A stretch of 64,000 nucleotides of DNA, from assembly GCA_001771135.1 (NCBI GenBank), contig MESW01000003.1:72719-136718 (forward strand), read 5' to 3'. A program made the position numbers and the translations under genes. Each line of letters begins with the position of its first letter. Positions within the stretch are counted from its first letter, which is position 1. The notes below the pieces were generated by a model. The model worked only from the letters and a program-made list of their open reading frames with translations. It had not been told where the DNA came from and did no database searches. Below, one piece after another: positions 39,312 through 50,356 of this stretch. This DNA comes from a candidate division CPR3 bacterium GWF2_35_18. GTDB lineage: Bacteria; Patescibacteriota; CPR3; GWF2-35-18.

Positions 39312-41969
39312 TTATATAGCTGATTTCTTTTTCCGTAAAGAATAGAAAATAGCTATCGGAATAATTAAAATAATAACCGTTGAACCTCCGTAAATCATTA
39401 AAGTGGAAATTGTGACTCCGGTTTCGGGTAGCTCTGCTGGAGCGTTAATGGTTAAAGAAAATTGTAAAGTATCGGTATTCCCAGCAATATCTTCTGAATC
39501 AATAGTTACAGTGTGTGCTCCAACTGGAATATTAATGTCTGGTGTAAATGTCCAACTGCCATCATCTCCGACGATTGTTTGCCCAGTAATGGGATCTGAA
39601 TTGATCGTCACCGTCACCGTAGAATCAGCTTCTCCTGTACCTATAAATACCGGTTTCATGTTGTTGGTATTCCAATCGGTCAGATCGTCATTAAATTCAC
39701 CATTATCGATTGATTCAAGAGAAATTGTAGTTGTTGTATCGAGAAACAAAGTAACCGTATAAATCTCACTTTCATTAGATGCGGCATCACGGTATTTCAC
39801 ATAGATAACTTTGATTCCATCACCATTGGAAAGATCCCAAGTCATGTTTTCCGCATATGTGACCCAGATTCCGTCTGAGAAGTTCGGATCTTCAGAAATC
39901 ATAACTTCTACTACCCCTGCCAGAGAATCGAATCCTTCCAAAACAAGATTTACGGTTTCTTCGTTCGAATAGGTAGTTCCTTCATATTCTACCCCACTAT
40001 CAGTAGTACTTTCACCAGTGGGAGTAGAGGTATCCAGGATAATACTATCCGAAATAGAAGCTGATTCGTTATCCAAGCTATCTCTAAACTTCACATACAC
40101 TGTCTTCGTTCCTTCTGTCGTAGAAAGGGTAAACACTTTTGTGGTATTGTAAGTCTCCCATGTCTCTCCGGTGAAACTAGAGCTTTCGGATAAGATCATT
40201 TCTGAGACTCCACTCACAAGGTCTGTTGCTGACAAGGTCAATGTTACACTGGTTGTATTTGTATAAGCAGCATCACCATTAATAACAATGCTTCCACCAC
40301 TGGGTCCTGACAGATCTACTGTAAATGTCTCTTCAGATTCACTTCCAGAACCGGTTGTATTTCCAACGTCATCACTACCTCTAACGTAAACCGTATGTTC
40401 ACCTTCATTAAGGGCTGTTGCTGGAGTACAACCGAAGGTTTCACTAACTTCGTCAAAAACCCCATCATCGGCGACACAATTACTCCAACTTCCAGAAGTA
40501 ATATCAACTTGAAACTGTACACTAGAAAGTGGATGTGAATCGGTGACAGTTCCCGTAATACTGGGAGTCTCATCTCCAGTTGGATCTGGCGTAACTGTAT
40601 CCAAAGCTATTACCGGGTCAGTAGTATCAGTAACTAAACGTGCGAATTTCAAATGACCAGTATTATCATCTTCGTAAGTAATAATGTAATCACCATAATT
40701 ATCGATTGTAAGATATGGATTATATACATAAGAAGTGGCATCAATTATTTCTGAAGTCCAGGTAGCCCCTTCATCTTCAGATTTATGTAGAATTAGTCCT
40801 GCATCATAACCTTCATCTACTAGTAAATAATTGTTATTATTATCAATAGCTAATGAATAAAATGTTGATAATTCTTCTGACAATTCAGTATCAACCCAGG
40901 TTTGTCCGTTATCATTTGATTTTTTTATCAGTCCATTTGGATACAAATAGGCATGTTGACTTTTCACAAAAGCTACAAAATCATTATTCTTATCTATCTG
41001 AAAATTTGCTTCTGTAGCAGAGTATTCATTTTCATATGAGAAATTCTCTGTCCAAGTCAATCCTTGATCATTTGAATAAATGAAATTAACAGAATATGTT
41101 GGGATTTGCAATTGCCCTCCAGTATAACTAGAAATATAAACATAATAATTATTATTATTATCATAATAAATGGAAGCACTTTCTAAAGATCTATTCAATT
41201 GGCTACCATCAACTTCAAGATAGTAGGTATCCCATGTTTGTCCTTGATCACTTGAAATTGCATATTTTACATCTCTGTAATATGTTGTAAGTCCTAAAGG
41301 AGTTCTTGATAACGGATTTGGAGAAATAAATATTAAACCTCCAGATGAATAATAATAATTGTAGAAAACTATATAATTACCTTCTTTATCAATACTTAAG
41401 CTTGAGCTACCACCACAAGAGCCTGATTCTAAACCCTCATATATATCAACTTGTGTTTTATTCCAAGTTACTCCTGCATCTACAGAACGTGCAAACTGTA
41501 AAGAATTATCTTCATCTGCATAAGTCAAAAGGTAATCACCATTGTCGTCAATTATAAAACCCAAAGGTCCCCAGTCATTATAGGTAGAATCATCGATCTC
41601 GGTTATCGTCCAAGTATGACCATAATCTAGTGATTTAGCCATATTTAAAGCTGTGGTATCGTAATTCGAATAAATTACAATATAGTTGTTATTAGCATCT
41701 GTCACAATTTTATTTGTATAACCCACCCAATCATCTGAATCATCGATAGTCGTTAACTCCCAAGTTGGAGCCGCCTGAACTTCAGAAACTATAGGAAAAT
41801 AAAAAAAAGTGTTAAATGAGAGTATAAAGATCAAAGTTAAGGTTATAATAATCCGGAATAGTTTATTATTTAATCTCAATAATTTATTAAACATATATTT
41901 TTTATCCTCAATATATATAAGTAATTTTGTATTATCTACATTATAGGGATTAACTGGAAACTTTGGCAA
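39312..41969 (-). CDS. Giant LPXTG-anchored surface protein (885 aa). N-terminal signal, BNR/Asp-box propeller (six S-x-D-x-G-x-T-W repeats), Ig-like domain, two Big_5-like domains, Ig-like domain and an LPETG sorting signal. It is a paralog of the C-terminal module of the 13297-18300 protein.
   Basis: Asp-box repeats SLDYGHTW, SVDAGVTW, SSDQGQTW, SNDQGLTW, SNDNGQTW and SEDEGATW. C-terminus ELPETG, hydrophobic stretch and RKKK. About 50% identity to the other giant protein over the last ~300 aa. Confidence 0.75.
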   Translation of the reverse strand: MPKFPVNPYNVDNTKLLIYIEDKKYMFNKLLRLNNKLFRIIITLTLIFILSFNTFFYFPIVSEVQAAPTWELTTIDDSDDWVGYTNKIVTDANNNYIVIYSNYDTTALNMAKSLDYGHTWTITEIDDSTYNDWGPLGFIIDDNGDYLLTYADEDNSLQFARSVDAGVTWNKTQVDIYEGLESGSCGGSSSLSIDKEGNYIVFYNYYYSSGGLIFISPNPLSRTPLGLTTYYRDVKYAISSDQGQTWDTYYLEVDGSQLNRSLESASIYYDNNNNYYVYISSYTGGQLQIPTYSVNFIYSNDQGLTWTENFSYENEYSATEANFQIDKNNDFVAFVKSQHAYLYPNGLIKKSNDNGQTWVDTELSEELSTFYSLAIDNNNNYLLVDEGYDAGLILHKSEDEGATWTSEIIDATSYVYNPYLTIDNYGDYIITYEDDNTGHLKFARLVTDTTDPVIALDTVTPDPTGDETPSITGTVTDSHPLSSVQFQVDITSGSWSNCVADDGVFDEVSETFGCTPATALNEGEHTVYVRGSDDVGNTTGSGSESEETFTVDLSGPSGGSIVINGDAAYTNTTSVTLTLSATDLVSGVSEMILSESSSFTGETWETYNTTKVFTLSTTEGTKTVYVKFRDSLDNESASISDSIILDTSTPTGESTTDSGVEYEGTTYSNEETVNLVLEGFDSLAGVVEVMISEDPNFSDGIWVTYAENMTWDLSNGDGIKVIYVKYRDAASNESEIYTVTLFLDTTTTISLESIDNGEFNDDLTDWNTNNMKPVFIGTGEADSTVTVTINSDPITGQTIVGDDGSWTFTPDINIPVGAHTVTIDSEDIAGNTDTLQFSLTINAPAELPETGVTISTLMIYGGSTVIILIIPIAIFYSLRKKKSAI

Positions 41970-41976
41970 GAAGTAT

Positions 41977-42396
41977 TTAAACTGTAAGCTTATGTTTACG
42001 ACGTTTGGCGATTTTCAGATCGATTAATGAGCGACGGAAAGCCGCTTTGGCATTGATATGAATCTCACCCTTGGGCTTCTCCTTGAGAATCTCTTCGGCT
42101 CGTTTCTGCGCCTCCAAAACTTTCTGCTCATCAATTTCCTGCGCATGAACAGCTTTATCGGCAAGAACGAGTACTTTTTGAGAAGAAACTTCCAAAAATC
42201 CACCCCCGATAGAGTAATACTCTTCATGATTTTGAGTATGAATGATGAGTTCTCCTGGCTCAAGGATTGTAAATAATGGAACATGTTTGGGAAGAATAGT
42301 AAGCTGTCCACTCCTAGTGTTTACAGTAATTCTTTCCGCAACATCTTTATATTTTGTCCCTTCGGGAGAGATGATTTCTAAAGGAAAAGTGTCCAT
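41977..42396 (-). CDS. atpC: F-type ATP synthase epsilon subunit
   Basis: Beta-sandwich N-terminus (EIISPEG...) and a C-terminal helical hairpin. Last gene of the atp operon. Confidence 0.85.
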   Translation of the reverse strand: MDTFPLEIISPEGTKYKDVAERITVNTRSGQLTILPKHVPLFTILEPGELIIHTQNHEEYYSIGGGFLEVSSQKVLVLADKAVHAQEIDEQKVLEAQKRAEEILKEKPKGEIHINAKAAFRRSLIDLKIAKRRKHKLTV

Positions 42397-42411
42397 AATT
42401 AGAATCTCATA

Positions 42412-43815
<1,404 letters not shown>

Positions 43816-43820
43816 TTAAT

Positions 43821-44759
43821 CTATCCTTCTAGCCCCAACTTGGCTGTAGTTATATCAAGAAGTTCATTAGTAATTCCAGCTTGTCGGGCTTTATTATATT
43901 CAAGAGTTAATCCTTCAATAAGGTCTCCGGCATTATCAGTAGCATTTTTCATTGCTACCATTCGCGCCGAATACTCGGAAGCTTCAGCTTCATAAATGGC
44001 ATCCCGAAGTTGAATTTCCAAATAAGAATTCAGTAAAGCATCTAAAAGTGTTTTTATTGAAGGTTCAATGACAAAATCTTCTTCTTCTCTTTTTTCCGCT
44101 TTAAAAACTTCTGGTGAAATCTCTTTTTTTTCGGCTCCGGTTGCAGTTTTATATTTTAAGACTTTGGTCTCATCCAGTAGCTCTTGCAAACTAATTGGAA
44201 GCAGTCTTTTCATCACTGGCTTCTGGATCAAAGCATTTTTAAAATCACTGTATGCAATCCAAACCTCATCATATTCTTGTAAAATAAACTTTTCTTCAAC
44301 CAGACGAATAACCGCACTCACATTTTCGATAAAACTATTTCCCTTGGAAAAGTCAGCGATATATTGATCTTTTAAATAAACCACAAATGGCTGTCCTTTT
44401 TTCCCAATCGTCACAAAATCATTTTCAATCCCTGGTTCATTCTTCTCCCAATTTTCTACAAAACGAAAAAGGTTAGTATTCAAAGCCCCACAAAGTCCTT
44501 TATTAGTCGAAATCAAAATAATTAAACGGCGATTTTTTTTCTCTCTGATATCAATAAGAAGTGGATGCAAGGTAGAATCACCTCTTTGGGCCAAATCTCC
44601 AGCCATATGGAAAATAATATTAGCATATACTTTTCCGGCCAAAGCTTTATCTTGAGCCTTTTTCATCTTACTCGCGGCGACCATCTGCATCGCACGAGTA
44701 ATTTTCTTAATGTTCTTCGCAGATTTAATACGTCTTCTAATCTCTTTTTCAGTAGCCAT
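43821..44759 (-). CDS. atpG: F-type ATP synthase gamma subunit
   Basis: N-terminal MATEKEIRRRIKSAKNIKKITRAMQMVAASKM and a C-terminal helix. Confidence 0.9.
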   Translation of the reverse strand: MATEKEIRRRIKSAKNIKKITRAMQMVAASKMKKAQDKALAGKVYANIIFHMAGDLAQRGDSTLHPLLIDIREKKNRRLIILISTNKGLCGALNTNLFRFVENWEKNEPGIENDFVTIGKKGQPFVVYLKDQYIADFSKGNSFIENVSAVIRLVEEKFILQEYDEVWIAYSDFKNALIQKPVMKRLLPISLQELLDETKVLKYKTATGAEKKEISPEVFKAEKREEEDFVIEPSIKTLLDALLNSYLEIQLRDAIYEAEASEYSARMVAMKNATDNAGDLIEGLTLEYNKARQAGITNELLDITTAKLGLEG

Positions 44760-44781
44760 AGAATTTATCTCTAACTAATTA

Positions 44782-46305
44782 TTAAACGGAAACAGTTTTC
44801 AATGACAAATCGCTATTTTCTTCTTTAAACTTCTTAGTAGCCTTTTCAAGTCCGCTTACCACACTATCACTAAGCTCTTTTTCTTCGATAATCTGTTTTA
44901 AAACTTTAGCATAGTTATTTTTTAAATAATAAACATATTTTTCTTCAAATTCGGTAATCTTTTCAACGGGAATATCATCAACATACCCATTTACAGCTGC
45001 CCAAATAATCGCAATCTGACTCTCCACGGGAACCGGTGCATATTGCGGTTGTTTCAAAATTTCGGTAACCCGAGATCCACGATCAAGCTGCGATTGAGTT
45101 GTTTTATCAAGATCTGATCCAAATTGGGCAAAAGCAGCTAGCTCTCGATATTGCGCCAAATCTAGTCTTAACTTTCCAGAAACCTTTTTCATTGCTTTAA
45201 TTTGCGCTGCCCCACCAACACGAGAAACTGAGATACCTACATTAAGTGCTGGTCGAATTCCAGAGTAAAAGAGATCTGATTCCAAAAATATCTGTCCATC
45301 AGTAATAGAAATAACATTAGTAGGAATATAGGCAGAAACATCTCCGGCCTGCGTTTCAATAATTGGAAGTGCTGTCAATGACCCACCGCCGAACTTTTCG
45401 TCCAAACGGCAAGCACGTTCCAAAAGTCTCGAGTGTAAGAAGAAAACATCTCCAGGATAAGCTTCACGACCGGAAGGACGACGAAGTAGTAAGGAGATCT
45501 GACGGTAAGCCCAAGCATGCTTGGTAAGATCATCGTAGATAACTAAAACATCTTTTCCAGACTCCATAAAATATTCACCCAAAGCACAACCAGCATAAGG
45601 AGCTAAATATTGAAGTGTCGTTGGATCCGAAGCATTTGCAGCCACAACAATCGTGTACTGCATGGCTCCATGTTCTTCAAGCTTATTAATTACCTGAGCT
45701 AACTTTGAAGCCTTCTGACCAATCGAAACATAAATACAAATAACATTTTCATTTTTTTGATTAATAATAGTATCGATCGCAATTGCCGATTTTCCAGTTC
45801 CGCGATCACCGATAATAAGTTCGCGTTGACCACGACCGATAGGAATAATAGCATCAATTGCTTTGATTCCGGTTTGCAAAGGAGTAGAAACAGATTTTCG
45901 GGTAATTACTCCGGGAGCGATTTTTTCAATTGGTTGATAAGCATCAATTTTGAAATCACCTTTATTATCAAGGAGCTTCCCGAGAGGAGTCATTACACGA
46001 CCTATTACTTCTTTGGAAACAGGAATCGAAAGTAATTTCCCGGTAGTTTTTACAACATCACCCTCTTTTAAATCTTCATATTTACCCAAAACGACTACGC
46101 CAACTTCATCTTTTTCGAGATTCAAAACTAATCCTTTTTCTCCATTGGGAAGATCTATAAGCTCATTGTACATGGCTTTTGAAAGACCAGAGATCTTTAA
46201 TACTCCATCTCCAACTTCTTTTATGGTTCCTAGATTCTCAACGGATCCTTCGAATTTAAACTTCTCAATTTTTTGTTTTAAATTTAGATCAAACCCTTTA
46301 GACAT
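44782..46305 (-). CDS. atpA: F-type ATP synthase alpha subunit
   Basis: Walker A GDRGTGKS. 507 aa. Confidence 0.95.
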   Translation of the reverse strand: MSKGFDLNLKQKIEKFKFEGSVENLGTIKEVGDGVLKISGLSKAMYNELIDLPNGEKGLVLNLEKDEVGVVVLGKYEDLKEGDVVKTTGKLLSIPVSKEVIGRVMTPLGKLLDNKGDFKIDAYQPIEKIAPGVITRKSVSTPLQTGIKAIDAIIPIGRGQRELIIGDRGTGKSAIAIDTIINQKNENVICIYVSIGQKASKLAQVINKLEEHGAMQYTIVVAANASDPTTLQYLAPYAGCALGEYFMESGKDVLVIYDDLTKHAWAYRQISLLLRRPSGREAYPGDVFFLHSRLLERACRLDEKFGGGSLTALPIIETQAGDVSAYIPTNVISITDGQIFLESDLFYSGIRPALNVGISVSRVGGAAQIKAMKKVSGKLRLDLAQYRELAAFAQFGSDLDKTTQSQLDRGSRVTEILKQPQYAPVPVESQIAIIWAAVNGYVDDIPVEKITEFEEKYVYYLKNNYAKVLKQIIEEKELSDSVVSGLEKATKKFKEENSDLSLKTVSV

Positions 46306-46308
46306 AAT

Positions 46309-46524
46309 TTAATCCTCTAAATATTTTTCCATCTCCTTAAGCTTGGTTTTTAAGCTTAAATTGATGATTTTATCTTCATGTTTAATTATGAGTCCACCCA
46401 AGATCTTTTTGTCTTCGGTATATGAGATATTAAGATCCTTACCCAAAATACGTTTTAATTCGGACTCAACGTTTTCGCGCTGTTTATCATCTAACTTAAT
46501 TGTAGAAACTACTTCAGTTTTCAT
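46309..46524 (-). CDS. atpH: Truncated F-type ATP synthase delta (OSCP) subunit. Only the C-terminal domain is present (71 aa).
   Basis: EVVSTIKLDDKQ...LGKDL...ILGGLIIKHEDKIIN matches the delta C-terminal consensus (EVTSA.PLS...LG.KV...IGG..I..GD.VID). Position in the operon is conserved. The about 100-aa N-terminal helical domain is absent. Confidence 0.6.
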   Translation of the reverse strand: MKTEVVSTIKLDDKQRENVESELKRILGKDLNISYTEDKKILGGLIIKHEDKIINLSLKTKLKEMEKYLED

Positions 46525-46541
46525 ATTAATTAATGATTAAA

Positions 46542-47042
46542 TTAATGTAGAGAAACTTTTTCGAGATCTTTAATAGCTTGGTTCAAAAGACTCTTTTGTT
46601 TATTTTCATCAAACGATTCCTGCATCACCTTTTCGGCAATCAGAACAGCCATCTCGGCTGATTGTCTTTTAATCTCTTTAAACATCTCCTTCTTATCTGC
46701 TTCAATCTCTGATTCCAACTTCTTTCTGACTATCTCCAATTCCTTTTGACCTTTTTTAAGTAATTCTTCTTTTTCTTTTTGAGCTTGTATCTTCGATTGA
46801 GTAATTATTTTATCGGCCTGTTTTTTGGCTTCACTGATAGTATTTTTCTCAGATTCTGTAGCTTCAAGAAATTTTTTGCCTGCCTCATTATTTAATTCTT
46901 CTGTTTCTTCGGCTTTTTTCTTTCTCTCATCAAGTACTTTTAAAATTGGTTTAAAAAGAAACTTTTTAAGTAACAAAAGGAGTATAACAAAGTTGACTAT
47001 CTGAGCAATAATCAAGATTGGCTGAATCCCTAATTTTTCCAT
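46542..47042 (-). CDS. atpF: F-type ATP synthase subunit b
   Basis: Single N-terminal TM followed by a long charged coiled coil. Operon position. Confidence 0.8.
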   Translation of the reverse strand: MEKLGIQPILIIAQIVNFVILLLLLKKFLFKPILKVLDERKKKAEETEELNNEAGKKFLEATESEKNTISEAKKQADKIITQSKIQAQKEKEELLKKGQKELEIVRKKLESEIEADKKEMFKEIKRQSAEMAVLIAEKVMQESFDENKQKSLLNQAIKDLEKVSLH

Positions 47043-47069
47043 GGTAATACCTTCTTTTTAATTAATCCT

Positions 47070-47291
<222 letters not shown>

Positions 47292-47407
47292 TTATCCTCC
47301 TTATGAATCAATTAAAACACTAAAACATTTAAACATGAAAACCAGTTTTCGCAATTTAAAATCTCACTTCAACATCTTTTGTTCTCTTGTTTTTATGTTT
47401 TAATATT

Positions 47408-48256
47408 TTAATGCTCTGAAATCGTCGCCATGCTTATAAAAACGAGTGACAACATCATAAATACCAGTGCTTGAATAAATCCGACAAATATTTCCAAACC
47501 AATAAATGGTAAAGGTGCGATAAAAGGAATCAAATAAGCAATCACAGTGAGTAAAACCTCTCCTGCAAAGATATTTCCAAACAACCGGAAAGCAAAAGAG
47601 ATAATTCGGGAAAACTCAGAAAGTAATTCCAAGATACCAATAAAACCATTGATCGGATTTCTAAAATTGAAGAATTTTTTTAAATATTTTAAGCCTAAAG
47701 TCTTAAATCCATAGAATTGAATCATAAATACCGAAATTAAAGCTAAAGCTAAAGTGGTATTCAGATCGGCGGTAGGACCTCGAAAAAGTGGCTTAAAGAT
47801 TTCCGACTCCGAATCGTGAGACTCTGCTGTTTCTGTAACCAAAATGTCTGATTCCGAATCACTGGCTTCAGTATTACTATGAGTTTCCGCATAAACCGAA
47901 TTTGTTTCCTCTAAAACTACCGCTTCCTCTTTGGTCTCGTAAAATCCGATTGATCCCACTCCGGGAATAAGTCCCGACCAGTTAGCAAAAATAATAAAAA
48001 TAAAAAAGGTCGCCAGAAGAGGAAAGATCTTGCGACCAAATTCTTTACCCGCTACATCTTCGGTAAGACCAAGTAACGCTCCAATCATAATTTCCATCAT
48101 CGACTGAAGTCGAGAAGGAATCTTGCTGACATTTTTATTCACAACAACCGCAAGTAAGATAAGTAACAACGTCACAATAATAGTAGTAAGAAGAGAGTTT
48201 GTAATTGGAAATGAACCTATTTTAAAAAGTGTTTCAGCGGCAACAGATACGTGCAT
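47408..48256 (-). CDS. atpB: F-type ATP synthase subunit a, with a Ser/Asp/Glu-rich loop insertion
   Basis: Conserved C-terminal helices, including the essential Arg in RLFGNIFAGE. The ETHSNTEASDSESD... insertion is unusual. Confidence 0.85.
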   Translation of the reverse strand: MHVSVAAETLFKIGSFPITNSLLTTIIVTLLLILLAVVVNKNVSKIPSRLQSMMEIMIGALLGLTEDVAGKEFGRKIFPLLATFFIFIIFANWSGLIPGVGSIGFYETKEEAVVLEETNSVYAETHSNTEASDSESDILVTETAESHDSESEIFKPLFRGPTADLNTTLALALISVFMIQFYGFKTLGLKYLKKFFNFRNPINGFIGILELLSEFSRIISFAFRLFGNIFAGEVLLTVIAYLIPFIAPLPFIGLEIFVGFIQALVFMMLSLVFISMATISEH

Positions 48257-48273
48257 AATAATAAATTTTTAAA

Positions 48274-48537
48274 TTATGTTTTTTTACTTTTATTAATAAA
48301 CTGTTTGACTTGAAAAATCCCTGCTCCAAAACCTAGAATCATTCCAACAGTTAAAGAAATTACCGTAGCTATCGGCTTTGTACCAAATTTATTGTCCAGT
48401 GTCAATCCTAAAAAGATACCCAAGAGGGCTGGAACCAAAATTACAAAACCAAAATTGAACACAAAAGAAAGCCCAAACATGACTTCTCTAGTACTACTAA
48501 CCGGTATTTTTTTGTTCGCGATATTTTTATCAGTCAT
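48274..48537 (-). CDS. atpZ: AtpZ/AtpI-like small membrane protein preceding atpB
   Basis: 87 aa with two TM helices, at the position of atpI/atpZ in atp operons. Confidence 0.55.
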   Translation of the reverse strand: MTDKNIANKKIPVSSTREVMFGLSFVFNFGFVILVPALLGIFLGLTLDNKFGTKPIATVISLTVGMILGFGAGIFQVKQFINKSKKT

Positions 48538-48539
48538 TT

Positions 48540-49320
48540 AAAACAAAAAACCTCAAATCGTGACTTAATCTTGACATGAATTATCTAATGATGATTCATA
48601 GGTTTGGGTATTAAATATTTAAAACCCAAAAATAAAAGATTAGCCTAAGATTGAGGTCACATTTCAATATATCATATAGTAGAAATAAATTTCAAGGAGT
48701 TTTTGGAAAAGAAATTCCTGAGGGAACAAAAAATAAAGCATTTTTTGCTCCCTCATCACCGTAAATAGGGTGAACGAACATAAACTACCCCCTCCAGTTC
48801 TTGAAAGTTTTTGCAATGAATTTAAATCCTTGCTCTCGCCACAGATAGCAAAAAGCTCGGATAGCTGAAGATCTCTGGATACGCCGAAAACGTGTCCTTT
48901 GATTATGAAACCCATTAGAATGGTTTTGCACTCTTTGATTCGTCACAGACTCTCCTTTATTGAAACACAAACATGTATAATTGGGTTATTCATTTATCTA
49001 GCTATGGCTAGAAACAATACTTGAGAAGGAAATTACACATCTGCCTTGAGGTACGTTCCGAATGTAGAATCGCTTCTATCTCAACATCTTCCAGAAATTC
49101 CGAACAACCTAAAAGGACCATCCTAACTACTGAATGCACTTCCCAAAATCTATATTGTCGAATTTGAGGTCGATCGCTTACTTTCCGTCCTTTCTTCCGA
49201 TACATCTGAAACTCCTTTCTTGTTTTTTTGTGGGGGGTTATTTGAAATAATTTTTGAGAGCAAGATAATGGATAACTATGAGTTAATTTGGGTATAACAC
49301 AACAAACCCGAATATTCAAG
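48540..49320 (-). other. Anomalous segment of about 780 bp with noticeably higher GC than its surroundings and no intact gene. Three short minus-strand ORFs lie in successively shifted frames. It also holds a 15-bp imperfect hairpin (48719-48755) and a 65-aa ORF with a perfect SD (ATG 49206-49204). It may be a gene remnant or a structured RNA.
   Basis: The ORF track shows fragments 49008-49358, 48785-48970 and 48664-48915 in frames 2, 1 and 0. The composition shift is visible by eye. Confidence 0.3.
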
Positions 49321-50356
49321 AAATTATGATGTCTAAATCGTAACCGCAAAATGAACATTTTCCAGCTGGATTAAAATTGGGACTGGAAACGTTCCAGCCA
49401 CTCCTTTTAATAACCATTTTCTGACAGTTGGGACAAACTGTATCTGAAATGGAAAAATTACTGCTTGGAGCCCAAACAAACACAAAATTCAGACCGGCAG
49501 TTTTTCCAATTTGAGATGCTTTTCCCAAAATAGCTTTAGAAGTCGTAGCAATTTCCCGAAATTCAGCATCTGGAGCAAGCTCGGGACTATATTGGGATAA
49601 ATGCCAGGGAGTATTTGAACCCAAATTATCACGTATCCATTTTGACATCTTTTTCAATTCCGATACCGAATCATTAATTCCGGGAATAATTAATGTGGTA
49701 ATTTCGACCTTCATTCTCCATTTTTCCTGAGCTCTTTTAGTAAGTTCAATAATTTTTTGAAAATCAACTTCATTACCTTGTTTTTTGTAACTCAAGTTGG
49801 AAAATCCTTTAAAATCAACCGCATAACCACGCATATACGGACCGATATAATCAAGAGACTCTTCAGTTAGATAACCATTTGTCACAAACACGGTATACAA
49901 ATTTTCCTTTTTCGCTAATTTTGCCGCTTCGTGTACAAACTCAATCCAAATAGTCGGTTCGTTATAAGTAAAAGCGACACCGGAAACATTTAGTTTTTTA
50001 ACTTCGTTAATAAATTCCTTTGGAGTAATGGTAATTTCATCCTCAAGATGTGAAAAATCGTACTCGTATGAAGTAAAGTAATTCAGGCACTGTTTGCAAC
50101 GGAAGTTACAACCCATTGAACCTATTGAAGCCACCATTGTCCCAGGGAAGAAATGATACATCGGCTTTTTTTCAATCGGATCAATCTGAATTCCACCGGT
50201 TATTTTTCCATAAATTAAACTGTACAGCTTACCATTTTCGTTTAATCTTGTTTGGCAAAACCCTTTCTTCCCTTTTGCAATCACACATTCGTAACCGCAG
50301 GTATGGCATTTCACAACATTCTTTTTGAGTTTTGTATATAAAGCTGCTTCTTTCAT
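49316..50356 (-). CDS. Radical SAM enzyme, PflA/AmrS-like (AmmeMemoRadiSam-system type)
   Basis: CNFRCKQC (Cx3Cx2C) 4Fe-4S motif. An N-terminal CHTCGYEC and a C-terminal CPNCQ...CSFCG Cys cluster. 346 aa. Confidence 0.65.
   Translation of the reverse strand: MKEAALYTKLKKNVVKCHTCGYECVIAKGKKGFCQTRLNENGKLYSLIYGKITGGIQIDPIEKKPMYHFFPGTMVASIGSMGCNFRCKQCLNYFTSYEYDFSHLEDEITITPKEFINEVKKLNVSGVAFTYNEPTIWIEFVHEAAKLAKKENLYTVFVTNGYLTEESLDYIGPYMRGYAVDFKGFSNLSYKKQGNEVDFQKIIELTKRAQEKWRMKVEITTLIIPGINDSVSELKKMSKWIRDNLGSNTPWHLSQYSPELAPDAEFREIATTSKAILGKASQIGKTAGLNFVFVWAPSSNFSISDTVCPNCQKMVIKRSGWNVSSPNFNPAGKCSFCGYDLDIIIS

Noticed and set aside
48540-49320. tmRNA or RNase P RNA in the higher-GC segment upstream of the atp operon
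   Set aside because: I looked for tmRNA termini (GGGG...tRNA-like T-arm/CCA) and RNase P P4/P-loop motifs (AGGAAAGTCCGG, ACAGAAnCCGGCUUA) on both strands and found none. The segment is kept only as an unexplained anomaly.
49008-49358. 116-aa ORF as a genuine gene
   Set aside because: Its first 14 codons overlap the radical-SAM gene 3' end. The N-terminal part is Arg/Phe low-complexity. Only the internal 65-aa sub-ORF has an RBS, and that is reported as part of the anomalous region instead.
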